Below are positions 1-9,700 of a stretch of DNA of 63,028 nt, piece by piece. The first letter of the stretch is position 1, and each line of letters starts with the position of its first letter. Source of the stretch: Tolypothrix carrinoi HA7290-LM1 (GTDB taxonomy: Bacteria; Cyanobacteriota; Cyanobacteriia; Cyanobacteriales; Nostocaceae); contig JAHHIK010000042.1 in NCBI GenBank assembly GCA_019358935.1, forward strand, positions 1-63,028. The letters run 5' to 3'. The notes below the pieces were generated by a model that did not search any database, was not told where the DNA came from, and saw only the letters and a list, made by a program, of their open reading frames with translations. Position numbers and translations under genes: made by a program.

Positions 1-109
1 CCGGAATCTACTTGATTCATTTCTATCAACAATTCTAAAAAGGGCTGATTTCAGAAATACTTGTTTCTAGTACTAAATTACTACTAATTGGCGATCGCAA
101 TGTGCCAGT

Positions 110-121
110 TGCGTAAGTCCT
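110..121. mobile_element. Right terminal inverted repeat (TGCGTAAGTCCT) of an AGGACTTACGCA-type MITE-like element; the rest probably lies to the left
   Basis: Identical to the outer 12 nt of the right TIR of the element at 16235-16418; sits exactly where the HNH reading frame breaks. Confidence 0.65.
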
Positions 122-123
122 GA

Positions 124-885
124 AAAAATAAAATTCAGCAATTTGGAATAGATTGCAGTCACTTCACAGGACAGTCTTGGGCTAAAGGTCAAACAGCAGA
201 TACAAGTGACCCTATTCGCAGGGTAAGGATAAAACTCTCATATTCAGATGATGAAGTATTTGTCCAGAACTCCAAATATTCAGGATCTGGCAGACTAGCA
301 TCACGACTATTGAGAATGGGATGGGATTATATTTGCCAGGAGTGTGGCTTGTCTGAGTGGAGAGAAAAACAACTAACATTGCATGTAGACCACATCAATG
401 GTATTCCTGATGACCATCGTTTAGAAAACCTACGTTTTCTTTGTCCTAATTGCTATCAGCAAACTGAAACTTGGGGAAGTCAAAAAAGAGGTAAAAATTT
501 TAGTAATACGCTTTTGTTAAATGAACAAAATATGCTTATAAAACAAGCTCAACTAAAGTCCTCAACGAAAAACAGTAATACCACCTTTAATCCTCAACAT
601 CAACAGAATAATTGTTCTCACTGTGGTAAGGCTATAAATAACTCAAATCAACACATTTACTGTTCGATGCAATGCTTTAACTTGGCATCTAGACGAGTGG
701 TAAGACCTTCTAAAGAAGAGTTAGAAAAGATGATTTGGACACAACCAACTATTCACGTTGCGAGACATTTTGGTGTCAGTGATAAGGCAGTAGAAAAATG
801 GTGTAAAACTTATGGTATAGAGAAACCTCCAAGAGGTTATTGGGCTAAGAAACAATCGTCCAAAAATCAAAATTTGTTGTTTTAA
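124..885 (+). pseudogene. HNH endonuclease with C-terminal zinc-finger/HTH, 5'-disrupted, embedded in a tRNA array
   Basis: Frame is open from 124 (KNKIQQFGIDCSHFTGQSWAKG...) with no start until 310; CxxC...HVDHING..DHRLENLRFLCPNC HNH motif; C-terminal VARHFGVSDKAVEKWC HTH; CPNCY instead of the usual CPNCH. Confidence 0.8.
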
Positions 886-900
886 TAGACACCCCTGAAT

Positions 901-983
901 GGAAGATGCCGCTGAATGGTCGGCAACTGGTCTTGAAAACCAGGGTACAGGCAACTGTAAGGGTTCGATTCCTTCATCTTCCT
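901..983 (+). tRNA. trnS: tRNA-Ser(TGA)
   Basis: Acceptor GGAAGAT/ATCTTCC; anticodon arm CTGGT-CTTGAAA-ACCAG; long variable arm; GGTTCGATTCC T arm; no encoded CCA. Confidence 0.92.
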
Positions 984-986
984 TTA

Positions 987-1059
987 TCCACCTGAAGCCG
1001 AGAAGTGAGGCGCTGTGCTGATAACACAGAGTTAGGCTCAACGTATCTCCCAGGTGGAT
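987..1059 (+). pseudogene. Degenerate tRNA-Ile(GAT)
   Basis: Acceptor TCCACCT/AGGTGGA and anticodon arm CTGTG-CTGATAA-CACAG intact; T arm (GGCTC-AACGTAT-CTCCC) does not pair and lacks TTC. Confidence 0.7.
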
Positions 1060-1061
1060 TT

Positions 1062-1134
1062 GGGATCGTCGTCTAATGGATAAGGCTTTCGGCTTCTACC
1101 CGAATAATTGGGGGTTCAAGTCCCTCCGATCCCG
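1062..1134 (+). tRNA. trnR: tRNA-Arg(TCT)
   Basis: Acceptor GGGATCG/CGATCCC; TTCGG-CTTCTAC-CCGAA; GGTTCAAGTCC. Confidence 0.92.
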
Positions 1135-1138
1135 TTAT

Positions 1139-1208
1139 CCCTTGTCTGCCGGATGCAGACTTATCTCTCCTAAAGACGAGTAGCCAGGTTCAACTCCTGG
1201 GCAAGGGG
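1139..1208 (+). tRNA. trnR: tRNA-Arg(CCT), atypical short D arm, possibly pseudo
   Basis: Acceptor CCCTTGT/GCAAGGG; loop CTCCTAA; CCAGG-TTCAACT-CCTGG T arm; mismatched anticodon stem. Confidence 0.7.
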
Positions 1209-1220
1209 CTAAATGATTTT

Positions 1221-1325
1221 GGAAGGTGCTGGTGTGTGGACGGCAGCTGGTTTGGAATACCAGAGTACAGCTTGTGCTGTAGAGGTACCCTGCACAGAAG
1301 CAAGCTACGACTCCTCCACCTTCCG
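1221..1325 (+). pseudogene. tRNA-Ser(GGA) with a ~21-nt insertion in the T loop
   Basis: Acceptor GGAAGGT/ACCTTCC; CTGGT-TTGGAAT-ACCAG; long variable arm; T loop reads GAGGT[ACCCTGCACAGAAGCAAGCTA]CGACTCCTC. Confidence 0.8.
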
Positions 1326-1331
1326 TTTTAT

Positions 1332-1405
<74 letters not shown>

Positions 1406-1410
1406 TTTAT

Positions 1411-1482
1411 GGGTGGTTGGCATAACGGCTGTGCAGCTGGCTTTTAACCAGCACTACATAGGTTCGACTCCTATACCACCCA
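1411..1482 (+). tRNA. trnK: tRNA-Lys(TTT)
   Basis: Acceptor GGGTGGT/ACCACCC; GCTGG-CTTTTAA-CCAGC; ATAGG-TTCGACT-CCTAT. Confidence 0.9.
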
Positions 1483-1753
1483 TTTTTAATTAATAGAATT
1501 TAATTTTATTTTTAGTATTAAATTCTAGATTAGAGAAAATACTTTAACTAAAATTTTTCTGGCGGTTACAATTAAATTATCTGTCTCTAAACGAAAAATG
1601 ATTTAGAGGCGATCGCTTAATTACATTTCTTAAATATCTGTTAAGTAGTTGACAATTAATTACTTTATGACTATAAATAAATTAAGTAATTAATCAATTA
1701 AACTTAATATCATCTACATTTATAGTAAAAAGACCAAAAGAGAATTAAGTTTA

Positions 1754-1769
1754 TCTATCTATAGAGTGA
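1754..1769. promoter_or_regulatory. 7-2-7 inverted-heptamer box (TCTATCT-AT-AGAGTGA); related copies at 1799, 1984, 2759, 4939, 5929, 16465, 39394 and 57423
   Basis: Recurring approximate palindrome TCTATCT-N2-AGATAGA in intergenic regions upstream of stress genes. Confidence 0.5.
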
Positions 1770-2101
1770 TTCTATTGCGAATAAAAACAAATATAATTTC
1801 AGTCTTGGGGTCGATTCAAGTGTTAGCGTCCTAGAAGTATAAAAAAATAAGCGAACCTTGAAAGAAGAATCTATTATGTGACCCGCAATACTTTTATAAA
1901 AAAGTCACGGTTGATTTGCTTGTTTCCCCTTACTTAGCCGATGCGGAACATACAGCCCCCCTCTTCACAAGGTTTGTAGAGCAAGAACGTAAAGATAGAA
2001 GTACAGCTTGATAATTTGATTGCTCAAATTGATAAGCTATAGGTACAGGCTTCTCTATAATATTAAAAGTTCTGCTTTAGTGCTGTTATCGAGGATTTAA
2101 A

Positions 2102-2464
2102 ATGAAAATAATTGGTTTTGTTTCGTCTCTAGTACGTCCCGTGCGCTTTCTAGTTGTGGCTTTCACCTGTGCCTTACTACTTTTAACTAACGCTTTTCCG
2201 GCTTTGGCGATCGGTACTACTAAAAGCGACCCAACAGAAGGTACACAGCAGCTAAATCAAATTCAGCGCAAAACTGATGAATTATCTACACAAAAGCCTC
2301 CCGGAACCGATGTGTATCAAGAAAATACAAGCGGCGGAGGACTTAACGAGATTCAGGGAACCGCTGACATTGATAAAATGAATCGTCCTGAGAATTCACA
2401 AAATGCTACAACTGTGGAAGATAAAATTAATAATTTTCTGGATAAGGTGACAGGTAAAGACTAA
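2102..2464 (+). CDS. Low-temperature/desiccation-induced protein-like, secreted
   Basis: Signal peptide ending PALA; GGLNEIQGTADIDKMNRPENS motif typical of cyanobacterial Lti proteins; GAGG RBS. Confidence 0.7.
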   Translation: MKIIGFVSSLVRPVRFLVVAFTCALLLLTNAFPALAIGTTKSDPTEGTQQLNQIQRKTDELSTQKPPGTDVYQENTSGGGLNEIQGTADIDKMNRPENSQNATTVEDKINNFLDKVTGKD

Positions 2465-2528
2465 GTAGGCTTAGAACCTTCACAATTTGAACATCTTTGC
2501 TGAAAGTAGGTTTTGGTGTTTTCCATTG

Positions 2529-2566
2529 TAGACATCTTGATTGCTGAATGTAGTCAAGGTGTCTAT
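2529..2566 (+). terminator. Stem-loop downstream of the lti-like gene
   Basis: TAGACATCTTGA...TCAAGGTGTCTA inverted repeat followed by a T-rich tract. Confidence 0.5.
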
Positions 2567-2796
2567 TATTATTTGCTCTAGGAAAATTTAATTTGTGTAT
2601 TAAGTTATTTTAAGTGATGACAGGTAATTATTGTTAAAGAAATAATTATCAGTCTTTACCAAATGTTAAATTATTTACAAATATATAATTATTCCTTTGA
2701 GAATCTATTTGCCTTTCATAATACTTCCTTAGGTTGATGTTGCTTGGGGGTAAATTGGTGAACCTAGAAAGAGAGTTAGCCTAGAGATTGAAAATT

Positions 2797-3339
2797 ATGC
2801 GTAAGTTAAACATTGGTTTGACAGAAGAACAGCGTCAAGGTGTAATTAACCTGTTGAATCAAGATTTGGCAGATGCCTATTTACTCTTAGTGAAAACGAA
2901 GAAGTTTCATTGGGATGTCGTCGGACCTCAGTTCCGCAGTCTGCACCTGCTTTGGGAAGAACACTACACAACATTAACTGAAAGTATCGATTCAGTAGCC
3001 GAACGGGTTCGTGCTTTGGGTGGTTATCCAATTGGGACTATGGAAGGATTTCTGAAGGTTGCTTCACTCAAAGAGCAGCCTAATAACGTTCCCGTAGCAA
3101 CTGAGATGGTGGCTCTATTGGTGCACGATCATGAGCAGGTCATTCGCAATTTACGCGACCATGTAGACCAGTGTAGCGAAAAGTTCCATGATGAGGGAAC
3201 TGCTGACTTCTTGACTGGATTGATGGAAGGACATGAAGAAATGGCTTGGATGCTGCGCTCGTTTATCGAAGGGGAAGCATTGCAATCAGATGGTAATCAG
3301 CAAGCGTCTGGTGGAATAAAAACACCTGTAGGTGTGTAA
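2797..3339 (+). CDS. dps: Dps DNA starvation/stationary-phase protection protein
   Basis: KTKKFHWDVVGPQFRSLHLLWEEHY, AERVRALGG and HEEMAWMLRS ferritin-like Dps motifs. Confidence 0.95.
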   Translation: MRKLNIGLTEEQRQGVINLLNQDLADAYLLLVKTKKFHWDVVGPQFRSLHLLWEEHYTTLTESIDSVAERVRALGGYPIGTMEGFLKVASLKEQPNNVPVATEMVALLVHDHEQVIRNLRDHVDQCSEKFHDEGTADFLTGLMEGHEEMAWMLRSFIEGEALQSDGNQQASGGIKTPVGV

Positions 3340-3384
3340 CCGCAAGCAGATATAGCGTAATCGATAATGTCTGATTAGAAGATG

Positions 3385-3420
3385 GCAGATGCGTGGAAGA
3401 GAAAATATTCCCGCATCTGC
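3385..3420. terminator. Hairpin between convergent genes
   Basis: GCAGATGCG...CGCATCTGC. Confidence 0.55.
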
Positions 3421-3542
3421 ATTCTCAGTTTTATTAATACAAAAGCAAGATATAAGGTGCATTAAAATGACTGAAGCATATTCAAAAGGGTTTAGAAGTT
3501 AGGAGAACGGAGTAGGAGTTAGTAGTTGCTAAGTATTTAATG

Positions 3543-3941
3543 CTAGGGTGATTTATAGCTGGCAACTCGCAGAGTTAATTGACCTTTGCGAGGGTCAGTG
3601 CTAAATACAAAAGCTCCTTCTTCTTTTTCACTAGTAGATAAAAAATCAATCTGTTGTTCTCCGGTTTCTGCAACTTCATTGTTAATTTTTAATTCAGCGA
3701 TAATTTGCACTGATTCGGCTGTTTCTCCACCGTTATTAATGATTTCAAAGGGGACATAGAATTGTCCATCTACCTCGCGAATTTTCTCTTTGTTAGTTAC
3801 AGAAAGAATGGGGGGTTCATGCTTATCGTTCACCCAGGTGTAACATACCAGACCGACAATTACTGTGAGGATTAATGTTGCGATGCTAAATGTAACCCAT
3901 TCAGCAAGCGATCGCTTTGGTCGTTGTTCTGTTTGATTCAT
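3543..3941 (-). CDS. TIGR02588-family protein
   Basis: AEWVTFSIA N-terminal TM; N.GGETAESVQI..EL; QQIDFLS; ATGA overlap with the upstream TIGR02587 gene. Confidence 0.85.
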   Translation of the reverse strand: MNQTEQRPKRSLAEWVTFSIATLILTVIVGLVCYTWVNDKHEPPILSVTNKEKIREVDGQFYVPFEIINNGGETAESVQIIAELKINNEVAETGEQQIDFLSTSEKEEGAFVFSTDPRKGQLTLRVASYKSP

Positions 3942-4822
3942 ATCGCTAACCTTCCAGCTGCACCGCCAATTGTTGCAGGTAAACCAAGCAGCAAAGCATG
4001 ATCTAACCACATTGTCCAAGGATCGCTAAATGTCAACTTTTGAAAGAACCACAACATAAAAGCACCTGCTAGCAGCGACACTAAATAAGACATAATAGTT
4101 TCACCTAATGGGCGTTGGAAAATTCCTTGTTGCTGTCTGCGCTTTTGTTGGTCTGAAAAACCCGCTTCAAATACGATTCCATAAGAAATCAGCAAAGATG
4201 CAGCAATAATTGATAAAAGCCAGAATGGAGACACCGCTGCTGCTAACATGGGAATTTCATCTGTTGGGGCAATATTAAAGGCTATTACGGTTGCACCAAT
4301 GAGGGTTGCACTAATATCGGCGAGAGTCACTTGTAACTCATCGGGGTTTTTCTGCTGAGGAGCTTTGTTTGCCTCACCATTTTGTTGTGTATTGGCGTTA
4401 CGGTTATCTCCTAAAAAATGGTTCGCTAATGCTACCCCTAATGAAAATGGTACACTTTCAAAGATGATTTTACCTACAGCTTCTTTTAAGGCGGTTTCTG
4501 GTGTAATTTCTCGCAGTAATAACAGCACAAAAGCAGAGCAAACTATGCCGATCGCCATCGCTTCTACAGTATCAAATACTGCGTCATAAGCTTGTGCTGT
4601 ATGTCTGCGTTTGCGAAAGCCTTCAGTTTGATTGAGCCAGAAAACCACAATAAATGTCAGTGCGATCGCTACCATCATCATTCGTGGTTTTGCTAGCGAA
4701 CCAATCCACCAAACTTCCATCGTGTAAAGCAAAGGGATGCCAAACAAAAATCCTCCACACGCACCCCTAATTATGTTATTAAATTCACTTGCCCATATAT
4801 TTTTCTTTCGCTTAATTGCCAC
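3938..4822 (-). CDS. TIGR02587-family integral membrane protein
   Basis: RGACGGFLFGIPLLYTMEVWWIG, FNIAPTDEI, LGLPATIGGAAGRLAI. Confidence 0.88.
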   Translation of the reverse strand: MAIKRKKNIWASEFNNIIRGACGGFLFGIPLLYTMEVWWIGSLAKPRMMMVAIALTFIVVFWLNQTEGFRKRRHTAQAYDAVFDTVEAMAIGIVCSAFVLLLLREITPETALKEAVGKIIFESVPFSLGVALANHFLGDNRNANTQQNGEANKAPQQKNPDELQVTLADISATLIGATVIAFNIAPTDEIPMLAAAVSPFWLLSIIAASLLISYGIVFEAGFSDQQKRRQQQGIFQRPLGETIMSYLVSLLAGAFMLWFFQKLTFSDPWTMWLDHALLLGLPATIGGAAGRLAI

Positions 4823-5026
4823 GTCTAGACTTTCCTTAAATATTTTTTATTTGCTGAAATTATAATTTAATTACATTTATTAATTTTTTTTAAGTCTTAT
4901 TTGCATTTATCCATCAAAGGCGGTGTTTCTCTAAAAAATCTATCTCAAGTCCAGTTATCAAATAAATCATATATCGATATAATAGATTCTTAGGTTACAA
5001 AATAATAATTAGAAGAGGTAAAAGAT

Positions 5027-5209
5027 ATGAGCGCGGAAAATAGAATCAAGGCAACTGCTAAAAATATTGAAGGTAAGGTTCAAGAAGCTCTTGGTGAATT
5101 GACTGGCAATCCAGAAGACAAGGCTGAGGGCAAAGTAAAGCAAGCTGAGGCTCAAGTTATTCACACCGCTGAAAACATAAAAGATGAATTTAAAAAATCT
5201 TTACAATAA
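5027..5209 (+). CDS. csbD: CsbD-family general stress protein
   Basis: KNIEGKVQEALGELTGN...AEGKVKQAEA; GAGG RBS. Confidence 0.9.
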   Translation: MSAENRIKATAKNIEGKVQEALGELTGNPEDKAEGKVKQAEAQVIHTAENIKDEFKKSLQ

Positions 5210-5598
5210 TCAGGCTTGTCCAGATTAGATATTAGGCTGCATATACCTAAAGAGTAGTTGGATTTTTTCAAATAAAGATTAGGGTGTATCTACAATTTTC
5301 TCGCATTTGAGAATTTAAATATTCAAGTAAAATAAATCACGAGCATTGCATAACCGTGGAATGAATCGTAGCGTAGAGACGTTCCGCGCCTTACATCTGT
5401 ACAATATGTTCAATTTTTGACGTATAATGCAAAATCACGCATTCATAGGCTGGAAAGTTAGCGCTATTAATATTTACCCGGATATATAACTAAATACTCC
5501 ACTGGCGTTAAGCAAGTAGAGTATTTTTATATACTTGAAATAGTAATGAGTTAGTTCCTAATAAATTGGCTCTAACTACAATTCTTATTGCCATTCAA

Positions 5599-5871
5599 CT
5601 AAGCACTAGTACGTCCAGCAATTAATCCCCACAGGAAAATAGCAATCATTGCCCCAATCACTGCAACAATTAGACCAGGAATACTGAGAGTAGCGGCAGA
5701 AAATTGTAGTGTTCCTGTCTGTAAGACAGTAACTATGGTTCCCCCAACGAAAGCGCCAATTATACCTAAAATCATTGTTGTGAGAATACCACCGCCTTGA
5801 CGACCGGGATAAATAGCTTTAGCGATCGCTCCGGCTATAAGACCGAGAATAATCCAAGCAATAATGTTCAT
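5599..5871 (-). CDS. GlsB/YeaQ/YmgE-family stress response membrane protein
   Basis: MNIIAWIILGLIAGAIAKAIYPG...ILGIIGAFVGG. Confidence 0.9.
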   Translation of the reverse strand: MNIIAWIILGLIAGAIAKAIYPGRQGGGILTTMILGIIGAFVGGTIVTVLQTGTLQFSAATLSIPGLIVAVIGAMIAIFLWGLIAGRTSA

Positions 5872-5955
5872 TTTCTAGTCCATCAAGAATCTTGCTATTA
5901 CTTTATCAATTAGTTATGAACTTATTCTTCTATCGTAAGAGATAACTAATAAATG

Positions 5956-6094
5956 TTAATAAAAATAAAGTATTTTGATGTTTTGTAGATATAATGGTGG
6001 TACATTATCTACTAACCAAACATTATTATCAGAACAGTAAAACTCGTAACCTGCCTGATACATTGCCCTAGTATTCACAGCAAAAACTATTGCC
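5956..6094 (-). pseudogene. kptA: C-terminal remnant of RNA 2'-phosphotransferase (KptA/Tpt1)
   Basis: AIVFAVNTRAMYQAGYEFYCSDNNVWLVDNVPPLYL matches the KptA C-terminus; upstream catalytic regions absent. Confidence 0.7.
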
Positions 6095-6367
6095 AAATGG
6101 GAAAATGTAGCATCATCTACTGTTTGGGCTGCAACTGAACCGAAGTGTGAGAATGAGATTTTCAACTGTCGCTGCGATCGCATAAATTGCCCATTCGAGT
6201 TGTGCCATCCTCACAAGTCAACAAAAGCCTGCTGTAGTTGCTACGAATAAGGGCAAACACTTACAAATACGGTTTTTGCGGCTTTTGGGTTCAAATGAAG
6301 CAGATGAAGCACAAGAGCGCAAGAGTTATGCGATCGCGGTCATTTACAATCCAACTCGTTTGATTAT

Positions 6368-6565
6368 TCAAAATGTGCCCTTAATTGCCGCGTATGTAAG
6401 GGTAATGATAATTGGGATGACAATTGGGATAGCAACAATGAGTCCTATTTTGCCAAACCTAATTTCTTGCCCATCCATTTTCAAGATAGCTATTACCCCT
6501 GCGATTCCCATTAAAATCCATATAGTTCCAAAGACAATAAAGATAACAAATGATGAGTCATTCAT
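6368..6565 (-). CDS. Small two-TM hypothetical protein
   Basis: 65 aa with two hydrophobic helices. Confidence 0.65.
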   Translation of the reverse strand: MNDSSFVIFIVFGTIWILMGIAGVIAILKMDGQEIRFGKIGLIVAIPIVIPIIITLTYAAIKGTF

Positions 6566-6753
6566 AGTTTTTTTCTTTAAGTAGGTCGCCGTAAATAATT
6601 AAAGGTTTGTAACAAGCAATTAGTGCTATATGAGCGCTCACTACGAGTTTATTTTAAATGCTTTATGTTTCTTTATATAATTTTATTCTCGCCTACCTTT
6701 TTAATAGAGCGTTGCCGCTCTGCGGCTTGCCGAAGGCATCGCCATCTAATTTT

Positions 6754-9700
6754 TCAGCTAGTTTCAGACGATTTGTTTAGGGAAGATAACTTCATCCTGC
6801 GACTCTCACGCGATAGTGGTACTAAAGCTGGGGCTTGATTTTCAGCATTGATGAGTTTAAAGCTTTCCACCACCTTAGATAATTCTGCAATTGTCGATGC
6901 CTCAAATACGCTACGCAAAGGTAACTCCAACCCAAAGCTGTCGCGCACTCTAGAGACAAGCTGAGTTGCTAATAACGAATGACCACCTAATTCAAAGAAA
7001 TTGTCATGAATTCCTACGTGCTTGAGTCCCAAAACTTCAGCAAAAATTTTCACCAACACTTCTTCAACCAAAGTCCGAGGTGCGACATAACAAAATTCTG
7101 ACTTAATCAAAGGTACTCTTAAAGCACGGCGATTTACTTTGCCATTAGCTGTTAGAGGTAAAGATTCCAGCACTACAAAACTAGATGGCATCATGTACTC
7201 AGGCAGCTTTTGTGCTAAATAAGTTTGCAACTGCGGTACTAACTTACGTGCTGAAGAAGATTGTAAAGGATTATTAGCATAACTTCGCCACGGACGCAAG
7301 TCAGTGCTGGGTGAAAAAATAATTCTTTTATTTATTGCTTCTTGCTGTACAAAAACTACATCGTAGCGTCCTTCACTACTCGAATCTGACCAGCTAATAT
7401 TAACGCTGTAGGGTACATCCATATAAAAATCTTCTGGATCTACTCCTAAATTTTCGAGTTCTTGCAAAGATGAGCGCATTACTCCCGCTGTTTTAAAATC
7501 TTCTATACCTGATAGCCATTCTGCTGTTTTAACTGCTGTTATCACTCGCGCATTAGGTACATTGGTAATAGCTAAAATATTTGGTTGGTTTTCAATTAAT
7601 AGCTGACGCACTGCTGAGAGTGTTAAGTTATTTTTGTCCCAATCCAGCCAATGCGATCGCTCCTGTGCTTGAAAAGGAAGTTTGTTCTGATATACTTTAC
7701 TATCAATATGCAGAATCGCATTGTAACGAAACTGAGTTAATTCATTGCGATCGCGTCCTCGGTTCAGTTGAATTTCTACATGGCTAATTTGGGGAAAACG
7801 CTGCTTTAATGCATTGAAAAAAGCTGGATCGATGACTAACTCTGTTTCTTCAAAAATTTCCATTTGTACCCGTTGCTGTAACTGTTCGCGGGTGAGAGAA
7901 GGTTCTGCTTGATACAGTTGCACAGATGTGTGAAAAGCTTGCAAAAGTTGCAGATTACGCACATCTCCTATAAAGATAAAGCCACCCGGTACAGTTGCCT
8001 GCACAGCACCTTCTAATACGCGAATAAGATAATCAATATTAGGAAAATATTGCACAACAGAATTGAGAATCACCGCATCAAAAGCAGCTTCTATTCCCTC
8101 AAAGTCAGTAGCCATCTTTTGGTGCAACGTTACTTGCGGCATTTCTTGTTTTGTCAACTGCTGTTGAATGTAGTTAAGTGAAATCGGGGAAAAGTCCGTT
8201 GCATAATACTTAGTACAGTGAGGGGCAATTCTGAAGAGTAGTAAACCTGTTCCACAACCAATTTCTAGAACTCGCTTAGGTTGTAAAGTTAGAATTTGCG
8301 CTACTTGGTTATTCACCCATTCGCGTATTTGTTCTGCTGGAATAGGCTGATTTGTGTAACTACTATTCCAGCCGATAAAATTGAATGTTGGATCGCGATC
8401 GGCAGCAGGTTGATTATAAGTGTCGTTATAAAGCATCTGCCATTGCGAAATTTGTTCATCCTGCAATTGCATTAATTGTATATTTTCCTGCTGGTTGCTA
8501 TATTCAGTATTTAGCACAACATAAGCTACTAAACGTTTCTCACCCGCATCCTCAGAAGTCATCACAACATTTTGCTGCACTGCTGGATGCTGACTCAGCA
8601 CCGCTTCAATTTCTCCCAACTCAATGCGATAGCCACGAATTTTTACCTGTTCATCCTCGCGATTTAAAAATTCAATCTTACCATCTAATCGATAGCGAAC
8701 TAAATCACCTGTTTTATAAAGCCGTGCTTTTGAATCGTGGCTAAAAGGATGAGAAATGAATTTTTCAACAGTTAAATCAGAAAGGTTTAAATAGCCTCGT
8801 GCTAACCCATCACCACTTATGTACAACTCACCTGGTACACCAATAGGTACGAGTTGTAAATGTTTATCAAGTATATAAACTTGTGTGTTGTCAATGGGAC
8901 GACCAATTGCAGGTGCGATCCCCCCTTGCCCCCCGAGGATCGGGGGGTTGGGGGGATCTTCTTGATTTATAACAATAACTTGACCGGAAGTTGTCACAAC
9001 TGTATTCTCAGTCGGTCCATAGTTATTAACTACCTGGAAAACATGGTCAGCTAAAGGATATTGATGTAGTTTGTCACCACCTGTAAGCAATATTCGTAAA
9101 GCTGCGTTCTTCGGAAAATCTAATGTGAGAACTTTTTCTGCCAAAGGTGTTGGGAGAAAGCAAATTGTTATCGCTTTTGATATTAGCCAATCTCGTAAAT
9201 GCTCAGGATTTAACTTAATTTCATCATCTACAAAATATATGCTTGCTCCAGCACTAAGATACGGCAAAATTTCCCAAACACAAGCGTCAAAGGCAACCCC
9301 AGCTATCTGCGTTGCTCGGTCAAGGTGTGAAACTGCAAACGCTTTTTGATGCCAAAAAATCAGATTTAATAATCCCCTATGTTCAATTTGTACTCCTTTA
9401 GGCTTTCCAGTTGAGCCAGAGGTATAAATGACGTAAGCGAGGTTGTCTACTGTGACTTGACTGGGAAGATTATCTTCAATTTCTTGAGCAATAATATCCC
9501 AATCTTTATCTAAACAGATTACCCGGCAATTATGGGTTTCAAGCTGTTGAATCCATCGCTCGTGAGTTAATAAAATTGGTACTTGAGCATCTTCAAATAG
9601 AAAATTAAAACGCTCATGCGGATAAGTTGGGTCTAAAGGTACATAAGCTCCCCCCGCTTTCAAAATACCCAACATCCCGATTATCATATCAAAAGAGCGT

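Noticed and set aside
721..1041. 106-aa minus-strand ORF
   Set aside because: Antisense to the HNH gene and tRNAs; no coding features
6095..6300. Possible membrane-protein remnant (LEWAIYAIAATVENLILTLR) on the minus strand
   Set aside because: Too short and interrupted by stops to assign
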